Made by a program: the position numbers and the translations under genes. A stretch of 64,000 nt of DNA from assembly GCA_034667725.1 (NCBI GenBank), contig JAXDQS010000004.1, positions 1 through 64,000 of the forward strand, given 5' to 3'. Shown piece by piece: positions 9,698 to 18,745 of the stretch. The notes beneath the pieces were generated by a model that saw nothing but the letters and a program-made list of their open reading frames with translations, did not search any database and was not told the origin of the DNA. Each line of letters opens with the position of its first letter. Position 1 is the stretch's first letter. This DNA comes from Thermoplasmata archaeon. GTDB taxonomy: Archaea; Thermoplasmatota; E2; JACPAO01; JAHFTW01.

Positions 9698-10412
9698 CAA
9701 ATTCTGGCACCGACATCCCGGCCTTCTCGGCATCATCTCGCAGCTTATCGAACGTGGCCACCTGAGCATCCGCCCATTCGACGGTTATGCGTCGCCGCTG
9801 GGAGGTGGCGATGTGCAGGTAGTCGCTGGGATTGAACCAGTAGCAAGTCTTGCATACCTCTGGGTCACGCACCTGCCAGTTCGGGCAGCCGTGTTCGCAT
9901 GTCCATGATTTCGTGCGGTTGCACGACGAGCATAGGAGCTGGAAGGCCTCGACCCGCTGATTGGCTTCCGTTTCCGCATCTGCGATTCCGTAGGGGATGC
10001 GATGGTCAATCTGCAGGAGCCGTGCTTCGTAGTGGGCTGCGCAAGCGCCGCACCCCTCGCCATCCTTTGCAACCATTTTTGCCTTGAGCGCCTTCGGGAA
10101 GGCCTTGCGGCCAGTAACCCCTCGTCGCACGCGGTCCGGGTCAGCGAACCGGTACAGCGCCATGCGCTTGCCATCCTCTACCACCATCTTTGTTTCTAGC
10201 GGCACACCTTGGTCTCTTACGTCTTGGGCCGCTCTTGGAGGCTGATCGTATCCGTATTTCTCTTGAAGCATCTTGGTCGTAATATATCCGTACTTCAGGA
10301 GATGCCTAATGATTATTTCGGATCGCGGCCCTTTGATACCTTTGACGAAAGCCACGAACTCCGGAGGCAGCTCGCGCTCCAGTCTGCCCCGCAGGTGATC
10401 ATAGCCAGGCAC
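9666..10412 (-). CDS. HNH type II restriction endonuclease, NspI/SphI-like
   Basis: YGYDQPPRAAQDVRDQGVPLET, CxxC, LQIDHRIPY, CSSCNRTKSWTCEH, CKTCYW; convergent with the methyltransferase; family assignment recalled, not searched. Confidence 0.8.
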   Translation of the reverse strand: MPGYDHLRGRLERELPPEFVAFVKGIKGPRSEIIIRHLLKYGYITTKMLQEKYGYDQPPRAAQDVRDQGVPLETKMVVEDGKRMALYRFADPDRVRRGVTGRKAFPKALKAKMVAKDGEGCGACAAHYEARLLQIDHRIPYGIADAETEANQRVEAFQLLCSSCNRTKSWTCEHGCPNWQVRDPEVCKTCYWFNPSDYLHIATSQRRRITVEWADAQVATFDKLRDDAEKAGMSVPEFVKQRLDRTRV

Positions 10413-10455
10413 GGCTTGTGCTCATCCGCCTATAGTCAAGATGCATCCTGTCTCT

Positions 10456-10474
10456 AATGTATCTCAGATACATT
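10456..10474. promoter_or_regulatory. Perfect palindrome AATGTATCT-C-AGATACATT between the divergent endonuclease and AbrB-like genes
   Basis: 9-bp perfect inverted repeat with a 1-nt spacer, just upstream of a TATA-like CTTATG. Confidence 0.6.
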
Positions 10475-10507
10475 GATGGTCTTATGTGGCTAGGCTGGTC
10501 CTCGGTC

Positions 10508-10696
10508 ATGGCAGTTCCGGATTCCGTTCGCGCTCGCGGACGGCAAGGCACCAAGTCTCTTGATCTCACAATTCCGGCCCAGCTTGCTCGAGTGAATGGA
10601 ATTCGTCCGGGCGACATCTTCATCGTGAATGCCGTCCAAGACAAAAACGGAGGAGTGTCAATCCACTACAAGCGGGTTTACTCCCCCGACGAATAG
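10508..10696 (+). CDS. Small AbrB/MazE swapped-hairpin DNA-binding protein
   Basis: SLDLTIPAQLARVNGIRPGDIF pattern; 62 aa. Confidence 0.75.
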   Translation: MAVPDSVRARGRQGTKSLDLTIPAQLARVNGIRPGDIFIVNAVQDKNGGVSIHYKRVYSPDE

Positions 10697-10779
10697 TGCA
10701 GTGTGGCTTTAGCTGCAAAGCTGTTCCTGCGTCCGCGCCGTTTGCCAAACCTCAAGTCGCCCGCCGGGGCTGGACCGGC

Positions 10780-11295
10780 ATGGACGTGCTGGACGCCGGC
10801 GTGTGGGTCGCGAAGTGGGAGGCCCGCGTCCCCAAGAACGCCCGCATGACGATGTGGGGTCCATTGCAGGCGCGCGAGATGGGCTTCGAAGGCTGGGAGG
10901 TCCAGGACGGCGGCGAGACCGGCTTCGTGCTGCACAACGCCGGCACCCACCTCACGATGGGCCGCGCCACCTCCACCTTGATCTTCGTGCGCCGGCTGGA
11001 GAAGGCGTTCCTGACCGTCTACTTCGGCGGCTACCCCGCGGACGCGCCCGCCGAGCAGCGCCACCTCGACCAGAAGAAGGCCGTCAGCGCCTGCGAGATG
11101 TTCCTCGGCCGCCTCGCCAAGGAGCCCGTCCGGTTCACCTTGATGGGCGAGATTGCGCTCGTGGACAACGTCAACGACCACGCCGTCGAGGCCAAGGCCG
11201 CGCCCAAGACCATCGGCACGGGCCGCATGAAGGGCGGAGGCGGAGGCGTGGATTTGGTGGGCGCGCCCAAGAAGTCGGAGACCTGGGAAGTCTAG
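10780..11295 (+). CDS. Hypothetical protein
   Basis: Host-like codon usage; ATG about 23 nt after CCTCAAG. Confidence 0.6.
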   Translation: MDVLDAGVWVAKWEARVPKNARMTMWGPLQAREMGFEGWEVQDGGETGFVLHNAGTHLTMGRATSTLIFVRRLEKAFLTVYFGGYPADAPAEQRHLDQKKAVSACEMFLGRLAKEPVRFTLMGEIALVDNVNDHAVEAKAAPKTIGTGRMKGGGGGVDLVGAPKKSETWEV

Positions 11296-11397
11296 CGGGG
11301 CTTCCACTGGAACAACGGCTAAATATCCCCCTCCTGTCGGCCGGTCTACCGCGCCCCGCTGCCGCCTGGCATCGGACTCGCACGGCAGGTGATTCCC

Positions 11398-12042
11398 ATC
11401 GCCGAAAAAACCACTGTTGAAGCTGTCGCCAAGGCCCTTTCCGAGGCCAAGGCGCAGGAACGCAAGTTCCCCCAGACCGTCGACCTTGCGATCATGCTCA
11501 AGAACGTCGACCTGAGCGTCCCCAAGAACCGCATCGACGAGGACATCATCCTCCCGAAGGGCCGCGGCAAGCCCGCCAAGATCGGCGTGTTCGCCCAGGG
11601 CGACGGCGCCCGCAAGGCGAAGGACTCCGCGGACGTCGTCATCCAGCCCGACGAGTTCGAGGCCCTCCAGAAGGACAAGCGCCGCTTCAAGAAGACGGTC
11701 AACAACATGACCTACTTCCTCGCCGAGGCCCCCCTCATGGCCAACATCGGCAAGTCGCTCGGCATCGTCCTCGGCCCCCGCGGCAAGATGCCCCGCGCCA
11801 TCCCGCCCGGCAGCGACCCCGCCGGCACCATCTCCAACCTGCGCAACACCGTCAAGGTCCGCTCCAAGGACAAGAAGGTGTTCCACTGCGTCGTCGGCAC
11901 CGAGAAGATGTCCCCCGAGGACATCGCGGACAACATCGAGGCGGTCATGAAGCGTGTCGAGATGAAGCTCGAGCACGGCCGCATGAACGTCGCGGCCATC
12001 TACGTCAAGACCACCATGGGTCCCTCCGTGAAGGTGGTCTGA
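11398..12042 (+). CDS. rpl1: 50S ribosomal protein uL1 (start either ATC 11398 or GTG 11389)
   Basis: LGPRGKMP, KTTMGP; archaeal type. Confidence 0.96.
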   Translation: MAEKTTVEAVAKALSEAKAQERKFPQTVDLAIMLKNVDLSVPKNRIDEDIILPKGRGKPAKIGVFAQGDGARKAKDSADVVIQPDEFEALQKDKRRFKKTVNNMTYFLAEAPLMANIGKSLGIVLGPRGKMPRAIPPGSDPAGTISNLRNTVKVRSKDKKVFHCVVGTEKMSPEDIADNIEAVMKRVEMKLEHGRMNVAAIYVKTTMGPSVKVV

Positions 12043-12043
12043 G

Positions 12044-13090
12044 ATGTCCTCCGGTTCCACCGAGGGCCACGCCCACGTCGCCCCCTGGAAGAAGGAGGAG
12101 GTCAAGCGCCTCGCCAACATCATCCTCGGCTCCGCCGTCGTCGGCGTCGCGGAGGTCGGCGGCATCCCCGGCCCCCAGATCCAGGCCATGCGCGGCTCGG
12201 TCCGCGGCAAGGTCCAGGTCGTCGGCGGCAAGAACCGCCTGCTGAAGATCGCCATCCAGGAGGCCGCCAAGTCGCGCCCCGGCCTGGAAGGGCTCGCGGA
12301 CAAGCTCGAGGGCCAGTCCGTCATCCTGGCCACCGACCAGAACCCCTTCAAGCTCTTCAAGAGCCTCAAGGCGGGCGCCTCGATGGCCCCGCTGAAGGCG
12401 AACCAGGTCGCCCCGCACGACATCTTCATCCCCAAGGGCCCGACGCCCTTCGGCCCCGGCCCCATCGTCGGCGAGCTGCAGAAGGTCGGCATCCCCGCCA
12501 AGATCGAGGCGGGCAAGGTCGTCATCTCCAAGGACGCCACCCCCGTCAAGGCGGGCGCCGTGGTCTCCGCCGAGCTGGCCAGCATGCTGGCCAAGCTGGA
12601 CATCAAGCCCGTCGAGCTGAAGATCGCCCTCAAGGCCGCCTTCGAGAAGGACACCATGTTCCTGCCCGACGCGCTGGCCGTGGACGAGGAGTTCATCTTC
12701 GGCCAGATCGGCCTCGCCGTCCGCACCGCCAACGAGGTGTCGCTCCAGGTCGCCTGGATCACGCCCCAGACGGCGGACGCGCTCCTGGGCCGCGCCTACA
12801 AGCAGGCCATCGCGCTCATCCTCGAGAAGGGCCTCGAGGTCGACGAGGCGGTCAAGCAGACCGTCACCGAGGACTACGCGAAGCTCCTGGCGACCATCGG
12901 CAAGAAGGAGAGCGACCTCTCCGACGAGCTGAAGGCCCGCCTCGGCGACGCCGTCAAGATCCTCAGCCAAGTGGCCGTGGCTGCGCCCGCCTCGGCCGGC
13001 GGCTCCTCCGCCAAGGAAGAGGAGAAGCCCGAGGACAAGGGCGTCAGCGAAGAAGAAGCGGCCGCCGGCCTCGGCGCGCTGTTTGGTTAA
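12044..13090 (+). CDS. rpl10: 50S ribosomal protein uL10/P0
   Basis: [20 protein letters not shown]-terminal [13 protein letters not shown]. Confidence 0.96.
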   Translation: MSSGSTEGHAHVAPWKKEEVKRLANIILGSAVVGVAEVGGIPGPQIQAMRGSVRGKVQVVGGKNRLLKIAIQEAAKSRPGLEGLADKLEGQSVILATDQNPFKLFKSLKAGASMAPLKANQVAPHDIFIPKGPTPFGPGPIVGELQKVGIPAKIEAGKVVISKDATPVKAGAVVSAELASMLAKLDIKPVELKIALKAAFEKDTMFLPDALAVDEEFIFGQIGLAVRTANEVSLQVAWITPQTADALLGRAYKQAIALILEKGLEVDEAVKQTVTEDYAKLLATIGKKESDLSDELKARLGDAVKILSQVAVAAPASAGGSSAKEEEKPEDKGVSEEEAAAGLGALFG

Positions 13091-13106
13091 AGGAGGAATG
13101 AACACC

Positions 13107-13406
13107 ATGGAATACGTCTACAGCGCGCTGCTCCTGCACAGCGCCAAGAAGGAAGTCAACGAAGCGAACGTCACCGCGGTCCTGAAGGGCGCCGGCATCC
13201 CCGCCGACGCCGGCCGCGTCAAGGCCCTGGTCGCCGCCCTCGAGGGCGCCGACATCGCCGCCGCCATCAAGAACGCGTCCGCCGCGCCGGTCGCGATGGC
13301 CGCCGCCCCCGCCGCCGCCCAGGCCCCCAAGGCCGAGGAGAAGCCCGAGGACAAGGGCGTCTCCGAGGAAGAGGCGGCGGCCGGCCTGGGCGCCCTGTTC
13401 GGCTGA
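13107..13406 (+). CDS. rpl12: Ribosomal stalk protein P1/aL12
   Basis: [11 protein letters not shown]...[10 protein letters not shown]; GGAGG Shine-Dalgarno (SD) sequence upstream. Confidence 0.96.
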   Translation: MEYVYSALLLHSAKKEVNEANVTAVLKGAGIPADAGRVKALVAALEGADIAAAIKNASAAPVAMAAAPAAAQAPKAEEKPEDKGVSEEEAAAGLGALFG

Positions 13407-13456
13407 TTCGCTTCAGTCTGTCCTTTCCCCCTTCCCCTCCCTTTCCCTCGTTTTTT
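13407..13456 (+). terminator. Pyrimidine-rich/oligo-T archaeal terminator after the r-protein operon
   Basis: CCTTTCCCCCTTCCCCTCCCTTTCCCTCGTTTTTT. Confidence 0.6.
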
Positions 13457-13499
13457 GGCGCCCGGCGAACCTTCAAGCCCCGCGCCCTTGCCACCCGTG

Positions 13500-14270
13500 A
13501 TGACGGTCGTCACCTGCGACGTGGACGCCAAGGGCATCGCGACCCTCACCGTGAACCGGCCCGAGGCCCTCAACGCCCTGAACGCCGACGTGCTGGAGGC
13601 CATCCACGCCCACGCCACCGACCTGAAGGGCAAGGCGAAGGGCATCCTCGTGACGGGTGCTGGCAAGGCGTTCGTGGCTGGCGCGGACATCGCCCACATG
13701 CAGTCCTTCGGGGCGGACGAGGCGCGCGAGTTCTCGTTGGCCGGCCAGGACTCGTTCCAGGCGCTGGCGGACTTCCCCGGCCCCGTGGTGGCGGCCATCA
13801 ACGGCTACGCCTTGGGCGGCGGGCTGGAGCTGGCGATGGCGTGCGACGTGCTGGTGGCGTCGGAGAAGGCGGTGCTTGGCCAGCCGGAGGCCAAGCTCGG
13901 GGTCGTGCCTGGCTTCGGCGGCTCGCAGCGGCTGCCGCGCCGCACGGGGCCCGGCATCGCCAAGTGGCTCCTCATGACGGGCGAGAGCGTGAAGGCGGAC
14001 GAGGCGCTGCGGATCGGCCTGGTGGACAAGGTGGTGCCGCACGATGCGCTGTTGGCGGAGGCGCGCCGCATCCTGGAGGCGTGCCTGGCCAACGGGCCGC
14101 TCGCGGTGGCCGCGGTCAAGAAGCTGGTGGACGACGGCCTGGACCTCGACCTGCCGGAGGCGCTCGACCTGGAGGCGAAGGCGTTCGGCAAGGCGTTCGC
14201 GACGGCCGACCAGAAGGAAGGCATGGCGGCGTTCCTCGAGAAGCGGCCGGCGCGGTTCGTGTCGGCCTAG
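13500..14270 (+). CDS. Enoyl-CoA hydratase/crotonase
   Basis: NRPEALNAL, FVAGADI, ALGGGLELA, PGFGGSQRL. Confidence 0.93.
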   Translation: MTVVTCDVDAKGIATLTVNRPEALNALNADVLEAIHAHATDLKGKAKGILVTGAGKAFVAGADIAHMQSFGADEAREFSLAGQDSFQALADFPGPVVAAINGYALGGGLELAMACDVLVASEKAVLGQPEAKLGVVPGFGGSQRLPRRTGPGIAKWLLMTGESVKADEALRIGLVDKVVPHDALLAEARRILEACLANGPLAVAAVKKLVDDGLDLDLPEALDLEAKAFGKAFATADQKEGMAAFLEKRPARFVSA

Positions 14271-14418
14271 AAACGGAAACGAGAAGCGACCCTTCGCGGG
14301 AGCGCCAAAAGCCGGCTGGAACATGCCCGGGCCTTCTCCATCCGCCTCCTGTTGCGGTTGCACGAATGCCCGCCTTTGCTCCATTGGGCTTAAGATGCGC
14401 GGCGAGGCTGGAGCGGCG

Positions 14419-14745
14419 GTGAACCCGTTGGATTCGTCCCCCCGCACGACCCGCCTCCGCCCCGTTGCCGCCGCCCTGCTTGCGACCGGGCTGCTGCTCG
14501 TCCTCGCCTCTGCCCCCGCTGACGCCTTCGTCGTCAACCAGACCGTCGTGGTGCAGGACGATGAGGGCGACTGGCACGCCTGCGTCGGCTACGACGGCGG
14601 CGCCGAGGTCGGCATCGAGATGACCGAGGAGGGCATCCTGGCGTTCCTCATGTGGCCGTTCGGCGGCGCCGAGTACGCCGGCGCGCAGCACCACTGCCCC
14701 ACGCCCGCCCCGCCCTTGCTCGGGCCCATGCCGATCGGGCCATGA
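14419..14745 (+). CDS. Small secreted hypothetical protein
   Basis: Signal peptide ending ADA; GTG 24 nt after CTTAAG; ATGA coupling to the next gene. Confidence 0.55.
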   Translation: MNPLDSSPRTTRLRPVAAALLATGLLLVLASAPADAFVVNQTVVVQDDEGDWHACVGYDGGAEVGIEMTEEGILAFLMWPFGGAEYAGAQHHCPTPAPPLLGPMPIGP

Positions 14746-15548
14746 CCTGGACCGGCCTCGTCGCCATCTTGGCCCTTGCCACCCTGGCGGCCGGCTGCCT
14801 AGCCCCCGGCGGGGGCCCGTCGGCTGCGCCGACGGCCCCGCCGGAGGGGCCGGCGCGCCCGGCGCCGGTGCCTGGGCTGGTGCTGGGCGACTGCGTGGGC
14901 TGGCACGCGTTCGCCACGGTGCCGGCGCCGCTGCATCCGGGTGTGCGGCCGGACGGCTGGGCGCCGCCGGCCGGCGCGGACGCCAGCGTGGCGCTGCTCG
15001 GGCTGCGCTGCGGCCGGCTCGCGCTGGGCCCGTTCGAGCGGGGGCCGGTGTGGCTGCTGTTCGAGTCGCACACCAACGCGGTAGTGCCGGCGGCCTGCGC
15101 CGACGACCGGGAGGGCGCGACCGACCTGTCGGTGCTGGCGTCGGTGTGGGTGGACGACGCGGAGGTCGCCGGCTGGCTGGCGGCGGTCCATGGGATGCCG
15201 GCGGCGGCCGCGGTGTTCACGGACGCCGGCCAGGCTTGGTCGTGGGGGCCGGCCGGCGCGGCGCCGTCCGAGCTGCAGGTCCTGGACGGCAGCGCGGCGC
15301 CGCGCGACGCGGAGCATGGGGAGCGCTTCTTCTGGGCCAACGGGACGGGGCTCGGGCAGCTGGAGCTGCGCCACGAGCGCACCGGGCCGACGGTCCCGTT
15401 GGCGGCCGCGGGCCGGATGGCGCCGCCGATGCTGCTGGCGCAGGTGGCGGACGGCCGGTTCGCGGGGCCGGCGTCGTGGTTCCCGCAGGACGAGGCCAGC
15501 GGCGCGTTCCAGGCGTACCGCGACACGCTCTGTCTGGAGGCGGCCTGA
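14742..15548 (+). CDS. Hypothetical lipoprotein
   Basis: Lipobox LAAGC; translationally coupled. Confidence 0.65.
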   Translation: MTWTGLVAILALATLAAGCLAPGGGPSAAPTAPPEGPARPAPVPGLVLGDCVGWHAFATVPAPLHPGVRPDGWAPPAGADASVALLGLRCGRLALGPFERGPVWLLFESHTNAVVPAACADDREGATDLSVLASVWVDDAEVAGWLAAVHGMPAAAAVFTDAGQAWSWGPAGAAPSELQVLDGSAAPRDAEHGERFFWANGTGLGQLELRHERTGPTVPLAAAGRMAPPMLLAQVADGRFAGPASWFPQDEASGAFQAYRDTLCLEAA

Positions 15549-17002
15549 TGCGCGCCGCCGCGTGCGTCCTGCTGCTCATGCTCCTGGTCCCGGCGGCGGC
15601 CGCCGCGGACGGCTTGGACCTGAGTTTTGGCGTGCCCGCGCAAGCGGTCGGCGAGCACGACGCGACCGGCCTGCGCTGGGCGCTGCTAGTGCTGCACGGC
15701 CCGAGCGCGTTCCACCTGGACGCGGACGCGGGCGGGGCGTGGACGAACCACACGGTGGTCACCTCCGGCGCCGGCACGCCGGTCCCGGTGGCGGCCCCGC
15801 CCACCACCGTCCCCGCGCTGGCGCTCGACGCCGGCTTCCCGGCGGACGCCTGGGGCTCGCTCTACCTGGAGGCCGACGCCATCGAGCTGCGCACGGCCGC
15901 AGCCACCGCCACGTGGACCCGCGCCGCCGTGGGCGATGCGCTGGACGGGCTGCTGCCCGCCGGCCTCCCGCTGGGCGCCTACCGCCCGGCCGCCCACGCC
16001 GTCCCGCTCGACGGCCCTGCGGCCGTCCTCGCGGGCGCCGGCTTCACCCTCGCGGCCGCCGGCGTGCGGCGGCTGGAGTGGCACGGCGCCGCGGTGGCGT
16101 GCGCGCAGGCCGGCGCCTGCCCGGACGGCGGCGGCTCGTGGGCCATCGTGCCCGGCCTCGCCAACGCCCACGCCTACACCGACCTGGCCGTGCCGGCCGG
16201 CACGCTCGCCGGCAGCGGCACCGTCGCGGCGCTCGCCATGGGCAGCGACCGGCTCGACCTCGCCGTGCGCGGCACGCTCCGCCTGCCCGGCGTCGCGGCG
16301 CAAGGCTGCGCGGCCGGGGCCGCGACCGCCTGCCCGGCCGACGGCCAGACGGTCCTCGCCGAAGGCAACCTCACGCTGGCCGGCCTCGGGCCCGGCCCCG
16401 AGCCCGGCCGCCTGCGGGGCCGGCTTGCGGGCATGGGCGCCGTCGCGTTCGACGAGCAGGCCGCGGCCGGCCTCGGCTGGACGCCGGTGGCGGTGACGGC
16501 CGTCGCGGGCGGCGCCATCCTCGGCCTCGGCGTCCTTGCCAAGGCCGTCGTCGCGCTGCTGCTGCGCCGCCGCGAGGCGCCCGAGCATCCGCGCCGCCGC
16601 CGGCTGGAGGCGCTCGTGCTGGCGGAGCCAGGCCTCACCTTCCGCGAGCTGCAGCGCCGCACCGGCTGGGCCAACGGCGTCACGCTGCACCACCTCAACC
16701 GGCTGGTGCGCGCCGGGCGCCTGGCGCGGCGGCGCCACGGCAACACCGTGCGCTACTTCGAGAACCACGGCCGCTACGACCGCGACTGGAAGCGCATCGT
16801 GCAGGCCCGCGACCCGGACCAGGCCTGGCTGGCCGGCTGGATCGCCGCGCAGCCCGGCGCCACCCAAGGCGAGGTGGTCGCGCACGCCCGGGCCGAGCGC
16901 GGCTGGAGCCGGAGCGCCACCCAGCGGCGGCTGCGCGGGCTGGTCGCGGCCGGGACGCTGGCCGAGGAGTGGCACGGGCGCACCGTGCATTACCGAAGCT
17001 AG
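15548..17002 (+). CDS. Membrane-anchored regulator: signal peptide, extracellular domain, TM helix and tandem winged-HTH
   Basis: HPRRRRLEALVLAEPGLTFRELQRRTGWANGVTLHHLNRL and a second HTH QPGATQGEV...SRSATQRRLRGL after a TM segment. Confidence 0.75.
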   Translation: MRAAACVLLLMLLVPAAAAADGLDLSFGVPAQAVGEHDATGLRWALLVLHGPSAFHLDADAGGAWTNHTVVTSGAGTPVPVAAPPTTVPALALDAGFPADAWGSLYLEADAIELRTAAATATWTRAAVGDALDGLLPAGLPLGAYRPAAHAVPLDGPAAVLAGAGFTLAAAGVRRLEWHGAAVACAQAGACPDGGGSWAIVPGLANAHAYTDLAVPAGTLAGSGTVAALAMGSDRLDLAVRGTLRLPGVAAQGCAAGAATACPADGQTVLAEGNLTLAGLGPGPEPGRLRGRLAGMGAVAFDEQAAAGLGWTPVAVTAVAGGAILGLGVLAKAVVALLLRRREAPEHPRRRRLEALVLAEPGLTFRELQRRTGWANGVTLHHLNRLVRAGRLARRRHGNTVRYFENHGRYDRDWKRIVQARDPDQAWLAGWIAAQPGATQGEVVAHARAERGWSRSATQRRLRGLVAAGTLAEEWHGRTVHYRS

Positions 17003-17814
17003 AACAGCGTCCGCTGGCCGGCGCCTGGCGGCTCGGGGAACAGCACGCCGCCAGGCTCGCGGGCGAACCTCTTGCCGGCCTCGGGGCCGTCGAGGGCGGC
17101 GGCGATGCGGGGCAGCGAGTCCACGGCGTTGCCCTCGAACGGGTTGGTGACGACGACGAAGCACTCCTTCCAGCTGGCCTGGGCGAGGCGCTTGCGGACC
17201 TCCAAGATGTCGTCGAGGCGGTCGGCGACCGTGACGTAGCGGCCCTTGGTCTCGAAGTTCTGGCCCGTGAAGCGGACGAAGCCGCGCTCCCCCGTGGCCC
17301 ACGGCGGCGTGAACGCCTTGGGGAACGTGGACCACGCCAGGATGGCCTCGTGCGTCTCCAGGAGGTCGCGGAACGCGTCGGTGAACCAGGAGGCGTGCCG
17401 CACCTCGACGGCGAACGCGCCGGGCTCGGCCAGCCCCAGCAGCTCCTGCAAGAGGGGAGCGGCCTTGTCGCGGGTGGCCTGCGGCGGGAATTGCAGGAGG
17501 ATCGGGCCTAGCCGCTTGGCCGCGCGCAACGGCTCCAGCCCCTCCAGCCAGCGCGCCGCGGCCTCGGCGCCGCCCTTGCCATGCGTGACCTCCTTGTGCA
17601 TCTTGGGCAGGAACAGGAAGCCCGCCGGCGTCTGCGCGACCCAAGCGTCCAGCGTGCTGGCCTTGGGGAACTGGTGGTGCAGCACGTCGGCCTCGACGCA
17701 GTCGAACTTGGTGGCGAACCGCGCCAGCCGCTCCTCATGCGGCGTCCGCAACGGGAACAGCGTGTGCTCGAAGTGGTCGTTCGACCAGGCCGCCAACCCA
17801 AACCGCAGCCGCAT
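16999..17814 (-). CDS. DUF72 (YecE-like) protein
   Basis: GLAAWS, FLFLPK, GPILLQFPP, AVEVRHASWF, FVRFTG. Confidence 0.8.
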   Translation of the reverse strand: MRLRFGLAAWSNDHFEHTLFPLRTPHEERLARFATKFDCVEADVLHHQFPKASTLDAWVAQTPAGFLFLPKMHKEVTHGKGGAEAAARWLEGLEPLRAAKRLGPILLQFPPQATRDKAAPLLQELLGLAEPGAFAVEVRHASWFTDAFRDLLETHEAILAWSTFPKAFTPPWATGERGFVRFTGQNFETKGRYVTVADRLDDILEVRKRLAQASWKECFVVVTNPFEGNAVDSLPRIAAALDGPEAGKRFAREPGGVLFPEPPGAGQRTLF

Positions 17815-17913
17815 CCGGCTCGGGAACCGCGTCCCCGGCATGAGGCTGGCGCTCCCCCCGTGTCGCTTCCTTCCCCCCAAATCGATATCAAGCCGTCCGG
17901 CGACTCCCTCCCG

Positions 17914-18606
17914 GTGTCCCGCCAGGTCGACGAGGAACGCATGTCGACGGTCCTGAAGGCGCTCGCCCACCCCGCCCGCCTCGACCTGCTGCGGCAGCTG
18001 CGCTCGCCCCGCTCCGTCGGCGAAATCCGCCTCCGCAGCCGCAAGGACGACGGCCACGGCCTGCCCGACCGCCCCATGAGCCGCGTCTCGGTGCGCGCCC
18101 ACCTCGACCAGCTCCTGGCCATCGGCGCCGTGGAGGTCCGCCGCGAAGTGCGCGACGGCCGCCTCATGGACGTCTTCGTCGTCAACGCCCGCCAGATGTT
18201 CGCCCTCACCGAGGAGCTGCGGACCTTGGGTCGCCCCGCCGCCTACGACTTCGCCGACGGCACCCTCCCCGGCGCCCCCGCCGACGCCCCCGTCCAAGCC
18301 ACCGGCACCGCGATGACCCTGGTCTCCGGCGTCCTCGAAGGCGCCTGCATCCCGCTCGCCGGCGCCGGCCCCTGGCGCATCGGCCGCGCCGCCCAATGCT
18401 CGGTCGCCATCGACTACGACCCGTACGCCTCGCTGCTGCACGCCGAAGTGCGCCGCACCCCGGCCGGCTTCGAGCTGGCCGACCTCGGCAAGGCCCGCAA
18501 CGGCACCTGGCGCAACTGGGTCGAGGTCCCGCCCGGCGGCGCGACGCCGCTGGCGACGGGCGACATCCTGCGGATTGGACACACGATCATGGTGTTCAGG
18601 GCGTAG
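17914..18606 (+). CDS. ArsR-type HTH-FHA domain fusion regulator
   Basis: LKALAHPARLDLLRQL (HTH); FHA motifs IGR, S..HAEV, NGTW, GDILRIG. Confidence 0.85.
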   Translation: MSRQVDEERMSTVLKALAHPARLDLLRQLRSPRSVGEIRLRSRKDDGHGLPDRPMSRVSVRAHLDQLLAIGAVEVRREVRDGRLMDVFVVNARQMFALTEELRTLGRPAAYDFADGTLPGAPADAPVQATGTAMTLVSGVLEGACIPLAGAGPWRIGRAAQCSVAIDYDPYASLLHAEVRRTPAGFELADLGKARNGTWRNWVEVPPGGATPLATGDILRIGHTIMVFRA

Positions 18607-18745
18607 GGAAAGGGTGCGCCGTCAGGCGCCGCCGCTGGCCGGAGGCCGCGGCGCTCGGTGCGTCGCGCCCGGAGGGACGCGACGCGCCCGGGGGTCCTAG
18701 GGGCGAAGCCCCTAGGGGTGTACCATCATGGTGTTCCGGGCGTAG
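18583..18745 (+). mobile_element. Hairpin-rich ORF-less insert duplicating the last 24 bp of the HTH-FHA gene
   Basis: Direct repeats at 18583-18606 and 18722-18745 (22/24 identical); three GNA-loop hairpins including CCTAGGGGC-GAA-GCCCCTAGG. Confidence 0.65.

Noticed and set aside
8465-10752. AGGTTTGG/CCAAACCT as terminal inverted repeats of the R-M island
   Set aside because: Both sit at the BRE/TATA position of the flanking divergent host genes; only 8 bp; no transposase or target duplication.
11296-11397. Missing rpl11 upstream of rpl1 as an anomaly
   Set aside because: L1-L10-L12 operons separate from L11 are already known in several archaea.
13020-13406. Direct repeat between the ends of rpl10 and rpl12
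   Set aside because: P0 and P1 stalk proteins are known to share this C-terminal motif.
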